NCBI GenBank assembly: GCA_051313645.2
Contig: JBNRSN020000009.1
Coordinates: 152,582,001-152,646,000, forward strand
Length of the DNA stretch: 64,000 nucleotides
Origin: Centroscyllium fabricii
Taxonomy: Eukaryota
Reading direction: 5' to 3'
In this document: piece by piece, positions 60,502-64,000 of the stretch
Position numbering within the stretch: the first letter of the stretch is position 1
Layout: each line of letters starts with the position of its first letter
Program-made: the position numbers and the translations under genes
Notes under the pieces: model-generated
What the model was told of the DNA's origin: nothing
What the model saw: only the letters and a program-made list of their open reading frames with translations
Database searches by the model: none

Positions 60502-63500
60502 AACATAGAAACATACAGAATTCCACAGGCTCACCACTCTCTGGGTGAAGAAATTCCTCCTCATCTCTGTCCTAAATGGCTACCCCTTATCCTTAGACTG
60601 TGACCCCTGGTTCTGGACTCCCCAGCCATCAGGAACATCCTTCCTGCATCTAGTCTGTCTAGTTCTTTTTAGAATTTTATAAGTTTCAATGAGATCCCCT
60701 CTCATTCTTCTAAACTCCAGCGAGTACACGCCCAATCGACCCAATCTCTCCTCATACGTCATTCCTGCCATCCCAGGTATCCGTCTGGTGAATCTTCGCT
60801 GCACTCCCTCCATGGCAAGAACATCCTTCCTCAGATAAGGCTACCAAAACTGCACACAGTACTCAAGATGTGGCCTCACCAAGGCCCTGTACAACTGCAG
60901 CAAGACATCCTTGTTCCTGTACTCAAACCCTCTCGCTACGAAGGCCAACATACCATTTGCCTTCTTAACTGCCTGCTGCACCTGCATGCTTACGTTCAGC
61001 GACTGGTGCACAAGGACATCCATGTCTCGTTGCACTTCTCCTTCTCCCAATCTATTGCCGTTCAGATAATAATCTGCCTTGCCTTCCTGTTTTTGCCACC
61101 AAAGTGGATAACCTCACATTTATCCACATTATACTGCATCTGCCATGCATCTGCCCAATCACCCAACCTGTCCAAATCATACTGGAGTTTCTCTGCATCC
61201 TCCTCACAGCACACACACACACCCAGCTTTGTGTCATCTGCAAACTTGGAGATATTACATCTAGTTCCCTTGTCTAGATCATTAATGTATATTGTGAATA
61301 GCTGGGGTCCTAGGACCGATCCCTGCAGTAGCCCACTAGTCACTGCCTGTCACTTGGAAAAAGACCCGTTTATTCCAACTCTTTGCTTCCTGTCTGCCAA
61401 CCAGTTCTCTATCCAAGTCAGTACCTTGCCCCCAATCCCATGTGCCTTAGCGTTACACGCTAATCTCTTATGCGGGACCTTATCGAAAGCCTTCTGAAAG
61501 TCCAAATACACCACATCCCCTGGTTCTCCCTTATCTATTCTACCAGTTACATCCTCATAAAATTCCAGTAGATTAGTCAAGCACGATTTACCCTTTGTAA
61601 ATCCATGTTGACTTTGTCTGACCCTGTCACTGTTTTCCTAGTGTTCTGCTATTACATCTATTATAATGGACTCCAGCATTTTCCCCACTACCGATGTCAG
61701 GCTTACCGGTCTATAATTCCCCGATTTCTTTCTACCACCTTTTTTGAATAGTGGGTTTACCTTAGCTAACCTCCAATCCATGGGAAGTGTTCCAGAGTCT
61801 ATAGCATTTTGGAAGATAACCAGCAATGCACCTGCTATTTCATGGGCCACTTCCTTAAGTACCCTAGGATGTAGATTATCAGGCCCTGGGGACTTATCGG
61901 CCTTCAATCCCGTCAATTTCCCTAACACCATTTCCCTACAAATACTGATTTCATTCAATTCCTCCCTCTCATTAGATCCTATGTTCCCTGACACCTCTGG
62001 GGGGTTATTTGTGTCCTCCTTTGTGAAGACAGAATCAAAGTATGTATTTAATTGGTCAGCCATTTCTTTGTTCCCCATTATAAATTCCCCTGATTCTGAC
62101 TGCAAGGGACCGATGCTTGACGTCACCAATCTTCTTCTCTTCATATATCTATAGAAGCTTTTACAGTCAGTTTTTATGTTCCTTGTAAGATTACTCTCCT
62201 ACTCTATTTCCCCCCTCTTAATTTATCCCTTTGTCCTCCTTTGCTGAATCCTAAACTGCTCCCAATCCTCAGGTTTGCTGCTTTTTCTGGCCAATTTATA
62301 TGTCCTCTCCTTGGATCTTATGCTATCCCTAATTTCCCTTGGTAGCCACGGTTGAGTCACCTTTTTTGTTTTTTATTTATGCCAAACTGGGATGAACAAA
62401 TTCTGTAGTTCATCCATGTGATCTTTAAATGTTTGCTATTGCCTATCCATTGTCAACCCTTTGATTAACATTCCCCAATCCATCCAACCCAACTTGCGCC
62501 TCATACCATCGTAGTTTCCTTTATTTAAATTCAGGACCCTGGTCTCTGAGTCAATTACTTCTCTCTCCATCTTAATGAAGAATTCTATCACATTATGATC
62601 ACTCCGCCCCTAGGGGCCTCACACAACAAGATTGCTAATTATTGCTTTCTCATTACATAATACCCAGTCTAAGATGGCCTGATCTCTAGTTGGTTCCTTG
62701 ACATATTGGTCCAGGAAACCATCCCGTATACACTCCAGAAATTCCTCCACAGTATTGTTACTAATTTGGTTAGACCAATCTACATGTAGATTAAAGTCAC
62801 CCATGATAACTGCTGTGCCCTTCTTGCATGCTTCTCTAATTTCCCGTTTAATGCCATCCCCAACCTCCGCATTACTGTTTGGGGGTCTGTATACCACTCC
62901 CACTAACGTTTTCTGCCCCATGGTATTTCTCCGCTCTACCCATACAGATTCCACATCATCAAGAGCTAATATCCTTCCTTACAATTCTGTTCATCTCTTT
63001 AACCAGCAATGCTACCCCACCTCCTTTTCCTTTTTGCCTGTCTTTCCTGAATATTGAATACCCCTGGATGTTGAGTTCCCAGCCTTGGTCACCCTGGAGC
63101 CATGTTTCCGTAATCCCTATCATATCCGTTTACCTCTATTTGCGCAGCTAACTCATCCACCTTATTACGAATGCTCCTCGCATTAAGACACAAAACCTTC
63201 AGGCTTGTTTTTTAACACACTTAGACCTTTTAGAATTATTATTTACTGTGGCCATGTTTGATTTAAATCCTTGATTTCTCTGACTGCCACTTTTGCTTTT
63301 CTCCTTCCTGTCTTTTGATTCTATCCTTGTTTCCCTTTCCTCCTCCTCCCTGCACAGGTTCCCAACCCCCTGCCATTTTAGTTTAAAACCCTCCCCCACA
63401 GCACTAGCAAACACTCCCCCCCCCCCCCCCCCCCCCCCCCTGTCCGGTTTGTACTGGTCCCACCTCCCCCAGAACTGGTTCCAATGTCCCAGGAATTTTA

Positions 63501-64000
63501 ATCCCTCCCCCTTGCACCATTCCTCTAGCCACGTATTCATCTGGAATATCCTTCTCTTTCTACTCTGACTAGCACGTGGCACTGGTAACAATCCTGAGTT
63601 TACTACTTTTTGAGGTCATTTTTTAATTTACCTTCTAACTCCCTATATTCAGCTTTTAGGGCCTCCTCCCGGTTTTTACCTATATCGTTGGTACCTATAT
63701 GCACCACGACAACTGGCTTTTCACCTTCCCCTTCCAAAATGCTCTGCAGCCGCTCCGAGACATCCTTGACCCTTGCACCAGGGAGGCAACATACCATCCT
63801 GGAGTCTCGTTTGCGGCCGCAGAAACGCCTATCTATTCCCCTTACAATAGAATGCCCTATCTCTATAGCTCTCCCACTCTTTTTCCTCCCGTCCTGTGCA
63901 GCAGAACCACCCATAGTGCCAGGAAGTTGGCTGCTGCTTTATTCCCCGATAAGCCATCCCCCTCAACAATATCCAAAGCGGTATATCTCTGAGGGAGGGA
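60502..64000 (-). mobile_element. Near-full-length degraded CR1 LINE (ORF1 SGNH esterase, ORF2 APE-RT)
   Basis: ORF1 IGHSIVRG...CLPGARV...VVVHIGTND; APE GVVYRPP...IMGDFN...ILDWVL; [30 protein letters not shown]. Multiple frameshifts; runs off the window end. Confidence 0.92.

Noticed and set aside
46204-63440. Long poly-C/G runs (e.g. 46204, 53045, 56340, 63415)
   Set aside because: Simple homopolymers, some within decayed repeats and possibly length-inflated by sequencing; no evidence of function.
55224-64000. Further UBE4A exons, including the U-box
   Set aside because: No sequence encoding GDPHQFEQKFNYR or later motifs was seen; the region is intronic repeats.

Overview
Vertebrate genomic DNA, most likely from an elasmobranch (shark or ray), judging by HE1-type V-SINEs, Deu-domain SINEs and HER1/CR1 LINEs. 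The only host gene is UBE4A (U-box ubiquitination factor E4A) on the + strand. Twelve coding exons (9781-55223, about 739 codons) splice in frame with canonical GT-AG sites; the C-terminal and U-box exons lie beyond the window. The rest is upstream/intronic DNA packed with nested mobile elements: CR1, L2, Rex1/Babar and RTE-X LINEs; SINEs; Tc1/pogo-, hAT- and Harbinger-like MITEs; a solo LTR; an antisense endogenous retrovirus remnant (env TM, PPT, LTR); and two Penelope-like families. The most notable signals are: (1) minimal hammerhead ribozyme motifs in both Penelope families, including ~200-bp TSD-flanked hairpin mini-elements whose inversion points fall at the ribozyme; (2) the ERV env remnant; (3) a structured RNA module in a CR1 3' UTR; (4) MITEs rich in NRF1/YY1-type motifs with different central cargo; and (5) two hairpins with unrelated stems but homologous loops. 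Repeat family names come from recognition by eye, not database searches, and repeat boundaries are approximate unless a TSD is given.
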